Shown: positions 29,441 through 36,907 of the stretch, one piece after another
Layout of the letters: the number at the start of each line of letters is the position of its first letter
Numbering within the stretch: position 1 is the stretch's first letter
Virus record (IMG/VR): IMGVR_UViG_3300045988_115788
Length of the DNA stretch: 64,000 nucleotides
Source: a virus
Reading direction: 5' to 3' (one strand)
Position numbers and translations under genes: made by a program
Notes under the pieces: model-generated
The model's database searches: none
What the model saw: the letters and a program-made list of their open reading frames with translations, nothing else
What the model was told of the DNA's origin: nothing

Positions 29441-30451
29441 TTATTTACCTTGAAGTCTCTTTTTCATATCGTCGCGCTTTCTTCTGCCTTCCTTAACAAT
29501 TTCCTTGTAATCAATATCAGGGTCAGGGGTAATCGTGTCTTTGATAAAAATTTCTTTTTCCTTAGAATAGATTGCTACAAGACTTTTAGAATTTCTAATA
29601 TTCTCTGTAACTTGTGTATTCAGTCGCATAATCGCCGCATAAAAATCAGGTAGGCGGCGCTCAACAATTTCAGGATGTGTTACAATGCAATGGCATCTAA
29701 AAAATTTATCAACGCCAAATTTCTCCTTGGCTCTTTGACTGCATAGAGTATAGAAATAATCCCACATAAAGGGCGGCAGATAAGAGTTTGTATTGATAGA
29801 TTTTTCTTTTGCTATCTCTTCTTCTATGTTCAGAAAATCTTTTCCCAGCAAATCTTTAGTAGTAGTATTATGAAAAACATCTCGCGGCTCATTCTCAAAT
29901 CTAAAAGCATAAGCAGGAATAATAGCAATCATATATTCGCGCTCTAGTCGCTTTAGTGTATCTCTTAAAATGGGCCGCAAGATATTGTTATATGTCTTCT
30001 CAACAAAAGTAGAAAATTGAGAGAGATTATATTTTAATTCTGAACTAATGAATTTTCTATTTTCTTCGTTCATCGCCTCTATGAAGTTTTTGTTTATCAT
30101 AGAACAGCGCCGCAAAAGTTCAGTATTGGTTAAATATAATGTACTATGTTCTTTCAGCATTTGAAGAATAATCGCCGCAAAACAAGGCCACCACTTCTCA
30201 CTTTCTTCTAACAGGGCCTCTATATTGACATTTTCATACACCTTTTTGACGCAATATCTTGTGGGCTTAAAATACATTTTCAAATCACATATCGCCGCAA
30301 GCTGTTCTAATTGATTTCTTTTTGCGTCGCCGCCGCCCTTATAATATTTTAGATTTAAAAAATCGCATAATTCTTTATACTTTAGTTCTTTTTGCAAATC
30401 TGCTAAAATATAAAGCTTTCTTAGGTTTAGTGTGGTTAAATGGTTTTTCAT
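29441..30451 (-). CDS. regulator-like protein, paralog of 18858..19862
   Basis: 336 aa; N-terminal KELKYKELCDFLN...NQLEQLAAICD...KPTRYCV domain and collinear similarity over the rest. Confidence 0.65.
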   Translation of the reverse strand: MKNHLTTLNLRKLYILADLQKELKYKELCDFLNLKYYKGGGDAKRNQLEQLAAICDLKMYFKPTRYCVKKVYENVNIEALLEESEKWWPCFAAIILQMLKEHSTLYLTNTELLRRCSMINKNFIEAMNEENRKFISSELKYNLSQFSTFVEKTYNNILRPILRDTLKRLEREYMIAIIPAYAFRFENEPRDVFHNTTTKDLLGKDFLNIEEEIAKEKSINTNSYLPPFMWDYFYTLCSQRAKEKFGVDKFFRCHCIVTHPEIVERRLPDFYAAIMRLNTQVTENIRNSKSLVAIYSKEKEIFIKDTITPDPDIDYKEIVKEGRRKRDDMKKRLQGK

Positions 30452-30491
30452 TCAATCATTCCTTTTCATTTAATTTTATTTCATCCAATTT

Positions 30492-31253
30492 TTACCGCGC
30501 TTCTTCTTTTGTTTTAAAGTATCCTAATTCAGGATGTTCAGTAATTTGGTAGAAGCAAAGCTTTGAAATTGGATTTTTATTTTTATTTGGTCTTCTGTTT
30601 TGCATATTTTCTAATTTAGTAACAAGTCTTAGTTTTTCTCTTCGATTATCATTCCTTGCATGATAAATATGGTCAACTTCTAACTCTGGATGCTCTTCAA
30701 GTTTCTCTTCCATTATGAAACGATGCAAAAGCATAATTCTATTGGTTACCCAGCCGCTAGGAAGAACATACCAAGTGTGTTTAGAAACTCTATCATAATC
30801 TTCTGTACTAAAAAAGAAAATATTTCCGTTGGTGTCTGTTCCAATATAATATTTTCCATCAGCAGAAAGAGTAAAAGTATTTTTGCTTTTAAATTTCTTT
30901 CGCCATTGACATGAGCATAATCCAAATTTGTTCTTTTTAATATCTCGTAAAGATGCAACAAAGGTATTGCCACAATCACACTTTACTTTATATCTTTCAG
31001 TGTCAATTTGTTCGATAGTTGTAAAGGTATGATATTTTTTATTGACTTGCGACTCAATAGGATATTTGTCAATAATATATCTCGTTGGTTTCCTGTCAAT
31101 ATGAAAATCACAGATTGCCGCAAGCTGTTCTAGCTGGTTACTCTTTGCTTCTCCTGTTTTTATTTCAATATTTAAAAATTCACATAATTCTTTGTACTTT
31201 AAAGGTTCTTTAGTTTCTGATAATTCTTTTAGTTTAACAAAATTTAACTCCAT
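30492..31253 (-). CDS. HNH endonuclease fused to the regulator-family N-terminal domain
   Basis: N-terminal KEPLKYKELCEFLN...NQLEQLAAICD...KPTRYII; then CDCG...CSC zinc motif and LLHRFIM...VDHIYHARNDNRREKLRLVT..EN HNH. Confidence 0.65.
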   Translation of the reverse strand: MELNFVKLKELSETKEPLKYKELCEFLNIEIKTGEAKSNQLEQLAAICDFHIDRKPTRYIIDKYPIESQVNKKYHTFTTIEQIDTERYKVKCDCGNTFVASLRDIKKNKFGLCSCQWRKKFKSKNTFTLSADGKYYIGTDTNGNIFFFSTEDYDRVSKHTWYVLPSGWVTNRIMLLHRFIMEEKLEEHPELEVDHIYHARNDNRREKLRLVTKLENMQNRRPNKNKNPISKLCFYQITEHPELGYFKTKEEAR

Positions 31254-31345
31254 AGTATAATATCCTTTCAGATTTTAAAAATCATCTGACATACTACTAC
31301 TATATGTCAAGAATAGATATTAGAAGTATACCAGATGATTTTTTT

Positions 31346-31374
31346 ATTATACCATAAAAACCTCATTTTGTCAA
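31346..31374 (-). promoter_or_regulatory. sigma-A-type promoter with extended -10
   Basis: Minus strand TTGACA-17-TGgTATAAT upstream of 31253; leader contains an 11-bp hairpin (AAAATCATCTG/CAGATGATTTT). Confidence 0.65.
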
Positions 31375-31548
31375 GAGAAAAAATTAAAATTTTTGTTTAT
31401 TTGCAAAAAATAATAATTGTCAATTTTGAATTTCATCAATTTTGCACCAGTTTTCATTTTTTCTATATGAACCAATTTTTTCTAGTGATTGACAAGATTT
31501 CTTAAAATAATTGCATTGATTGTTAAAATAATTGTTTTTGGGATGTAA

Positions 31549-31607
31549 TTGACTTCATGTCAACAACAGTAAAGCTCATGTCAGCAATAGCAAAAAAGTG
31601 TTGACAT
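31549..31607. promoter_or_regulatory. operator-like ATGTCA(A/G)CA sites
   Basis: CATGTCAACAACAG (31556), CATGTCAGCAATAG (31577), inverted GTGTTGACAT (31598), palindrome TTGACttcatGTCAA (31549-31563). Confidence 0.35.
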
Positions 31608-31740
31608 AAAGGACTGTGAATTTAAAAAAATAAAAAATGAAGTATTGTTCTTTTTTTAAATGGAAACGAAAAATAGAGTAGGGAGTGGTAAAGTTAATGA
31701 GATTGTGCGAATAATGGTGAAGTTAAAGAGTTGTTGTTAA

Positions 31741-31790
31741 TAACTAGGAAGTTATGTGAATAACTAAGAAGTTATGTAAATAACTAGAAA
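31741..31790. repeat. 2.5 tandem 20-bp units, each an internal palindrome
   Basis: TAACTAGGAAGTTATGTGAA / TAACTAAGAAGTTATGTAAA / TAACTAGAAA; each unit holds ATAACTnnnnAGTTAT. Confidence 0.7.
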
Positions 31791-32081
31791 AAATTTTTGA
31801 AAAATATTTGTGTAATTGTCTAGCACACTACGAAAAACGTTTGTTTTTGAAAGGCATTTGCTATAACCAACCCCCTATCATTAACAAATAAGGAACTGAC
31901 ACAAAAAGTGCATGATAACAACTGTTAGACGGTAAACTGGAAAACGTGAAGTGTTATCTATAACTGCCCCCTTGTTATTGAAAAATATTTAAAATTTTGG
32001 AACTTTGTGGTCTGGTGAAAAGGGCAAAAAAGAAATAGAACATTTGTTCTAAAATTGTATTACGTGATTAATACAATTTTG

Positions 32082-32281
32082 AAACAACAAAAAATTTCAT
32101 AACAACAAATATAACATAATATCAAACATATTCTATAACATATTTCACAACACCAAACATAACAACAAACCTAACATATTTTTATAGCAACCTTCACAAC
32201 AACAACTATCCAATCATTTCACTATCACCAGACCCCCAAAAAATCATCTATCTCTAATCATTATAATCAAATCAAACTTTC
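32082..32281. repeat. almost G-free A/C-rich tract with ~60-nt degenerate duplication
   Basis: Only two G (32177, 32231) in 200 nt of plus strand; CATAACAACAAA repeats at 32098 and 32158. Confidence 0.8.
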
Positions 32282-32288
32282 GCCTAAA

Positions 32289-32383
32289 ATCGCCTATACA
32301 AGCTTTTAGCACCTTTGGGTATGTATAGATATAGGTAAGACCTTCCTTGCTTCTCAGCGCGTTCTAGGTGCCTTATAGGCGAT
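32289..32383. other. compound hairpin at the strand-switch point
   Basis: ATCGCCTATA (32289-98) pairs TATAGGCGAT (32374-83); GCACCT (32309-14) pairs AGGTGC (32366-71). Confidence 0.6.
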
Positions 32384-32600
32384 ATGATGTTTAGTTGTGC
32401 ATTATATACATATTCTTTGTTATTATCTTTATAATCTTTGTTGATATTGACGTTGTTCGTCAATATATACAAGTGCGGCCTTGTGTTGTTGTGCATGTTG
32501 ACTATATCATTATGTTATCATTATACTTATAGTATTGTGATTGGTGCGGCCCTTGGTTAATGTGTTGTGTTTTGTTGTTGTATTTTGTGCAAGTTGGCTA

Positions 32601-32628
32601 TTGCTTTTTGCCGCCGTTCTGATATAAT
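32601..32628 (+). promoter_or_regulatory. promoter of the GC-rich island operon (cassette copy C)
   Basis: TTGCTT-16-TGaTATAAT, preceded by ATTTTGTGCAA (32582-32592). Confidence 0.6.
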
Positions 32629-32702
32629 GGGTACTGTCGAAAGGGCAAGGGCGAAAGCTTTTGAGCGAGTAGGCGGGCACCTTGACAATTAAATAGAACG
32701 CA

Positions 32703-32786
32703 GCAAGGCTCTATCAAAGACTATGTAATTAAGGCTGTCAGATAGTATAGATGCAGGACTATTGGATAGCTGAGATAGAGCCTTGC
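32703..32786 (+). ncRNA. long hairpin in the ~240-nt leader of the island operon
   Basis: Perfect 13-bp closing stem GCAAGGCTCTATC/GATAGAGCCTTGC enclosing 58 nt; lies between promoter and first SD. Confidence 0.45.
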
Positions 32787-32868
32787 AAAATGGGGAAAGG
32801 TTTAATAGAGTATATTAAGTAATGTAATATATTGTATTAAGTCTTTATATCAAAGGAGGATATATATT

Positions 32869-33018
32869 GTGATAAAAAGCATCATTAAGTCTTTCCGCGC
32901 TGATAATAAAAAGCTGGCGGCGGAACACAAAAGGACGATGCAGGAAGCGGAGGCGGCATTGCGGCAGATGAAGGCTGCAATGGATAAAATCGGAACAAGA
33001 AAGGAGCGTTTGTTATGA
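32869..33018 (+). CDS. small coiled-coil protein (49 aa)
   Basis: GTG 8 nt after AAAGGAGGATAT; stop overlaps the next ATG (ATGA). Confidence 0.5.
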   Translation: MIKSIIKSFRADNKKLAAEHKRTMQEAEAALRQMKAAMDKIGTRKERLL

Positions 33019-33221
33019 AAAAGTATAAGTATACAAAAAAACACGCGTAAGAATGTGTAGAAGCCTACGCCCATTTGACGGGGTGGTTTGACGAAAGCAT
33101 AACTCAACGAGAAATGTTTGAGATGCTACGGTACAGGATGCAGTTTGGAGAAGCCGAAAGCCGAGTGATTGTTGCGGCGCTGGTTATGGCAGGAGCAAAA
33201 TTCAAAACAAGCGCAGAGTGA
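33015..33221 (+). pseudogene. small ORF interrupted by an in-frame TAA at codon 12
   Basis: Coupled ATG start, MKKYKYTKKHA-TAA-ECVEAYAHLTGWFDES...KFKTSAE; 56 open codons after the stop lack their own SD or start. Confidence 0.45.
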
Positions 33222-33292
33222 CGGGGGAGCAATCCCCTGGTAATGCGGCTAAGAGTGGTCACAAGCCCACCGCAAAGAAAGGATGGTTTTTT

Positions 33293-33631
33293 ATGACAAA
33301 CACAAAAGAAGAGCTGCGTCGCATGATGCAAGGTATCCGCCATGATTTGGAGCTTGCCTTTGAAGGTGAGCTTAAAAATGAGGACGGGGAGCCAGTAGAC
33401 CTCTGGGAATATCTGGCGGACGGCCTAGCGCTAGATTACCGCGTAGGCCCTGATAAAAGCCCTACTGCGTGCCGCGTGTGGCTTGTGTTGGGTGGGCCTA
33501 ATATCTGGGTGGATACCGAAACGGATTCTATTCACGGCGCTTGGGGGAGCGACAGAGAAGAAATTTATATCAACTCTGAGCTGTCCGATGCTATTTTAGA
33601 TTCTATGACCTTCGATTGGGATTGCTATTGA
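33293..33631 (+). CDS. hypothetical acidic protein
   Basis: Track ORF 33218..33631; first ATG at 33293 (MTNTKEEL...). Confidence 0.55.
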   Translation: MTNTKEELRRMMQGIRHDLELAFEGELKNEDGEPVDLWEYLADGLALDYRVGPDKSPTACRVWLVLGGPNIWVDTETDSIHGAWGSDREEIYINSELSDAILDSMTFDWDCY

Positions 33632-33647
33632 AAGGAGGATATCTACC

Positions 33648-33794
33648 ATGAAAAAATATCTCGCAATCCTGTTGCTGTCTGCCTTGTGTTTTGTCGCAGG
33701 GATTGCGGCAACTGTAGCGGAGGCAATGCCGGAACAGTCAGCAGTTGTTAGCTATTTCAACGGATTGATTGTAAAGGAATATTTCAATCCGTAA
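33648..33794 (+). CDS. small secreted/membrane peptide (48 aa)
   Basis: AAAGGAGGATAT SD; MKKYLAILLLSALCFVAGIAATVAEA signal-like N-terminus. Confidence 0.5.
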   Translation: MKKYLAILLLSALCFVAGIAATVAEAMPEQSAVVSYFNGLIVKEYFNP

Positions 33795-33891
33795 ATATTC
33801 AGCGCCTTTAGTCGTTGGGCTTAAAACGACTAACCAGAGCGCAACATGGCCGCGCATTGAAAAGAGCTATGAGAAAGGAGGATATTTAACA

Positions 33892-34113
33892 ATGGCAAAT
33901 GTCAAGAAGTCTGCAACGTTGGAAGTTGAGGATGTGTTTACTCAACAGGTAAACGCCAACTACAAACGTTGCAAGGAAGCACGGGAGAAGGCCGCAAAAC
34001 AGAGGCAGGAAGAGCTGAAGCGCATGTATCGCAATAGCAAACGTGTCGCAGTGTGGGGCATTGTGGGTTGTATAGCGGTATTGATTGCCGCCTATGCTAT
34101 GTGGTTCATTTAA
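33892..34113 (+). CDS. tail-anchored small membrane protein
   Basis: AAAGGAGGATAT SD; basic coiled N-terminus and C-terminal VAVWGIVGCIAVLIAAYAMWFI helix. Confidence 0.55.
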   Translation: MANVKKSATLEVEDVFTQQVNANYKRCKEAREKAAKQRQEELKRMYRNSKRVAVWGIVGCIAVLIAAYAMWFI

Positions 34114-34126
34114 GGAGGCACATACT

Positions 34127-34525
34127 ATGATAACAAGCATCAATCTAAAGGCACTGAGTGGGGCTATCCTTGCAGCATTGAGCGCCTATATGCCAACGTC
34201 CGTCCCCTGCGTGGTGGACAGGATAGAGCAGGACGGCGGGGATAGAATTGCAGTGGTGGAGATTGCGGACAAGGACACAGGGGACATTCTTTTCTGTGAT
34301 ATTGATAGCGATACATTGGTTGACGATGAACATCTGACCATGCAGCGCTTGTCAGGGGAAGTTGTAGACTGTGAAGCATACGGCGGCAACTGGTATACTG
34401 TGTCTGTAGCAGTAGGGGACGAAATACATTCTGTAGTAGAAGGTATTAGCTATCCTGTGGGCGCTATCGTGTGGGCCTATATGTATAAAGGAAATATGCA
34501 AACTATTGCAGTGCAACACCAGTAA
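34127..34525 (+). CDS. hypothetical acidic protein
   Basis: TAAGGAGG SD before the ATG at 34127 (track ORF starts 34085). Confidence 0.55.
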   Translation: MITSINLKALSGAILAALSAYMPTSVPCVVDRIEQDGGDRIAVVEIADKDTGDILFCDIDSDTLVDDEHLTMQRLSGEVVDCEAYGGNWYTVSVAVGDEIHSVVEGISYPVGAIVWAYMYKGNMQTIAVQHQ

Positions 34526-34540
34526 GGAGGATATTTTGTA

Positions 34541-34981
34541 ATGGGTACTATTAACTACGGAAGCAACTGCACCAATGAGGGCCTTCTCAATATCGGCCTT
34601 AACTTGAACCGGTTTAATTCGCCTATAACAATTATGCGCCGCGCAAATATGATGCGGGAAATCGTTGACGATTATAACGGTACTTGGTTCAAAGTAAACG
34701 TTGAACCAGGATACTACGAGGGCGCGTGGGTCTCCGTTGAATGGGACGAGGATATACTATTCTATAACGGGCCTTGGTCTTTCGAAGAGGTGCGCTCAGA
34801 AATAACGTACTTGAATACGATGCTTCAGCTTTTGGTTAATGCTGGGTGCGTGGAATATTGGCCAGGGTGGTGCACAGGATATAGTACGGCGGCAGAAACG
34901 AGAAAGGCAATTATAGCCAACGTCGAGCGCTTATGGACGTACTACAAAGAAACATATCAGGAGGATGAAGGGGATGATTAA
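34541..34981 (+). CDS. hypothetical protein, acidic C-terminus
   Basis: TAAGGAGGATAT SD; 146 aa ending QEDEGDD. Confidence 0.55.
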   Translation: MGTINYGSNCTNEGLLNIGLNLNRFNSPITIMRRANMMREIVDDYNGTWFKVNVEPGYYEGAWVSVEWDEDILFYNGPWSFEEVRSEITYLNTMLQLLVNAGCVEYWPGWCTGYSTAAETRKAIIANVERLWTYYKETYQEDEGDD

Positions 34982-35138
34982 CAAGAAAGACTTGGAAATT
35001 ATCCTATCTATGGATAATGAACTTGAACGTTTGCGAATGTTTTTCAACAAACGACGTGACAGCCAAGCAGACAAGAGGAAATGGACAGCAGAAAGCAAGC
35101 TGTTCATTAACAAGGTTGAATCAAAGAAAGGAGTATAA
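34974..35138 (+). CDS. small hypothetical protein (54 aa)
   Basis: ATG overlaps the upstream gene end; MINKKDLEIILSMDNELERL... Confidence 0.4.
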   Translation: MINKKDLEIILSMDNELERLRMFFNKRRDSQADKRKWTAESKLFINKVESKKGV

Positions 35139-35143
35139 TTGTT

Positions 35144-35497
35144 ATGGAAAAGTATCTGGTGAACACTTACGGCAATCATTGGGTGGAATGTGACAGCGCA
35201 GAAAGTGCCGCGCAGGAAGTAATCGAAAATGTAGAGGATTGCTATTGGGACGATTTACTTGATGAGGCATGGGGAGAAGTCGAAGTATGCGGTTATACAT
35301 ACTGTGCTTCTCGTGCGTTGTCTCTGATTGATGAGGTAGCTTATAGGTGTGGAAAAAACGATTGGTTAGACGGGGAATATCGGGATATAGTATACAGTCT
35401 CGAAAGAATGATGGACGGCGACGAAGAGGAATATTTCGGGGTAACTGTTCGTTATGAAGAGGTATCCGACAACGAAGAGGAGGAAGAAGATGAATGA
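35144..35497 (+). CDS. highly acidic small protein
   Basis: AAAGGAG SD; 117 aa ending EEVSDNEEEEEDE. Confidence 0.55.
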   Translation: MEKYLVNTYGNHWVECDSAESAAQEVIENVEDCYWDDLLDEAWGEVEVCGYTYCASRALSLIDEVAYRCGKNDWLDGEYRDIVYSLERMMDGDEEEYFGVTVRYEEVSDNEEEEEDE

Positions 35498-35636
35498 TAT
35501 AATTCATTGGAAACTATATGCAGAGTGGTTAGACAACGGTAACTTTTGCGCTGATTTCTTTATGAGTTATGACGAGTTATGGGACAGCTTGTTCAATCCT
35601 GAGCTTGAGCTGCTTACAATAGTTGAGCGCAAGTAA
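35490..35636 (+). CDS. small hypothetical protein (48 aa)
   Basis: ATG at 35490 (MNDIIHW...) overlapping the upstream stop; track ORF starts 35454. Confidence 0.4.
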   Translation: MNDIIHWKLYAEWLDNGNFCADFFMSYDELWDSLFNPELELLTIVERK

Positions 35637-35649
35637 CCATTAAATATAG

Positions 35650-35680
35650 GCTAGGGTATTTTATCCTAGCTTATATTTTT
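35650..35680 (+). terminator. possible terminator ending the island operon
   Basis: GCTAGGG tatttta TCCTAGC hairpin then TTATATTTTT. Confidence 0.45.
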
Positions 35681-35908
35681 ATACTTATATTTGTTAATAA
35701 CAATTATATCAATTTGCATCTGGTACCATATAACGCAGCCCAGCATCTCAAAACAAGGGCCTAGAATCGTCTGTACTGCGTTGTAATGTATTGGGCAGGG
35801 TAGTTATAGCCATAGTGCAAAGTGGCCCTTGTGGCGCGTTCTGGAGGCTGTCAGGAGGTGTTGGATAAATTGCATAAAAAAGCAAAATAATTTTGTGCAA
35901 TTTGATTA

Positions 35909-35937
35909 TTGCTTTTCGTCCTGATTTTTGGTAAAAT
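35909..35937 (+). promoter_or_regulatory. promoter (cassette copy A)
   Basis: TTGCTT-17-TGgTAAAAT preceded by ATTTTGTGCAA (35890-35900). Confidence 0.55.
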
Positions 35938-36117
35938 CTTTATAGAAAATAAGAAAGGGGGTAAAAAGAAAATAAGGGAGACTGCTTCACAGTGCAAGAG
36001 GCAGGGGCAATTCTGAGAAAGCCCATAAGTGAGGAGAGGGAAAGCGCGGGGAGGTTGGTATGATTTCCTATTCAGCTAGTAGGTTTAATGCATTAAAAAG
36101 TAAAAGAAAAATTTTTC

Positions 36118-36146
36118 TTGACTTCCTGGACAGATTTTGATATTAT
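36118..36146 (+). promoter_or_regulatory. sigma-A-type promoter with extended -10
   Basis: TTGACT-17-TGaTATTAT upstream of 36197. Confidence 0.6.
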
Positions 36147-36196
36147 AATAATAGTATAAAATAGAAAGGGCGGCGCAAGCCGTAAAGGTGAAGGCT

Positions 36197-36373
36197 ATGA
36201 TTACTAAAAAAGAATACTCTGAACGTTGGGAACGTTTTCTTGTGGAATATTGCCATTGTTACGCGGACGAGAACGGAAATCGCCCTTGCGATAATGGAAC
36301 ACTGTGCAACTACTGTGATAGTATGATAGATATTTTTTGGGATGAAATCAATAGAGTAATCAATACAAATTAA
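36197..36373 (+). CDS. small Cys-rich protein (58 aa)
   Basis: ATG at 36197 (track GTG at 36188); seven Cys incl. CHC and CNYC (CHCYADENGNRPCDNGTLCNYCDS). Confidence 0.5.
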   Translation: MITKKEYSERWERFLVEYCHCYADENGNRPCDNGTLCNYCDSMIDIFWDEINRVINTN

Positions 36374-36387
36374 AAGCAAATATCGGA

Positions 36388-36419
36388 AAAGAAAGAGGCA
36401 CCAGTCTCTTTCTTTTTTT
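36388..36419 (+). terminator. rho-independent terminator
   Basis: GAAAGAG gcaccagt CTCTTTC followed by T7. Confidence 0.7.
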
Positions 36420-36836
36420 GTCCTTATATTTCTTATAAACCAATATCTAAAATAAAAAATCCTGGTCTAAGTGTTTCAATTTTGAAACAGTCAATTTGCA
36501 CAATTTTATAATATTTTTTTGTTCATTTTGCAAATTGATTTTCTTAAAAATAAAGTGTAAAATTGAGGGCGGAGGGAGGGTATAGATAAAATAGATATTT
36601 GTTTATAAAAGATATAATCTTGTGTCTTCCTTCTTTGCATCTGCGTCAATGCGCACAGCAAAAACCGATACTGCGCCGCTCAGACCTGCGAGAATGGGCC
36701 TAGAAACAATTCTAGCATTAAATAGGTCAAACTATACCGATTTACAATGTGGGCCTTATAGCGCATTTTAGACGGGTCACAGAATGTTTTGTGTAAAATA
36801 GTCAAAAAAATAATATAATTTTGTGCAACTTGCTAA

Positions 36837-36865
36837 TGGACAAGTAGGTAGATTTTTGATAAAAT
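36837..36865 (+). promoter_or_regulatory. promoter (cassette copy B)
   Basis: TGGACA-17-TGaTAAAAT preceded by ATTTTGTGCAA (36818-36828). Confidence 0.45.
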
Positions 36866-36878
36866 CGTGTTATGGTGC

Positions 36879-36907
36879 TTGACTTGCACTCTTTTTTATG
36901 TTATTAT
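36879..36907 (+). promoter_or_regulatory. sigma-A-type promoter firing directly into a terminator hairpin
   Basis: TTGACT-17-TGtTATTAT. Confidence 0.6.

Noticed and set aside
32289-32383. Hairpin-telomere resolution site (telRL) or fused inverted terminal repeats of a linear genome
   Set aside because: The palindrome is imperfect and interrupted, the long arms are only word-level similar, and no protelomerase or protein-primed polymerase is present. Kept only as a low-probability alternative under the inverted-repeat finding.
32284-32496. 70-aa minus-strand ORF across the central hairpin
   Set aside because: Low-complexity Asn/Tyr-rich product, no SD, and it spans the inverted-repeat centre. 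It is more likely non-coding.
32850-35507. Minus-strand ORFs inside the GC-rich island (32850..33343, 33886..34389, 34931..35507)
   Set aside because: The higher GC lowers stop-codon frequency, so antisense frames stay open. The plus-strand genes have strong uniform SD sequences and coupling; the minus-strand ones have none.
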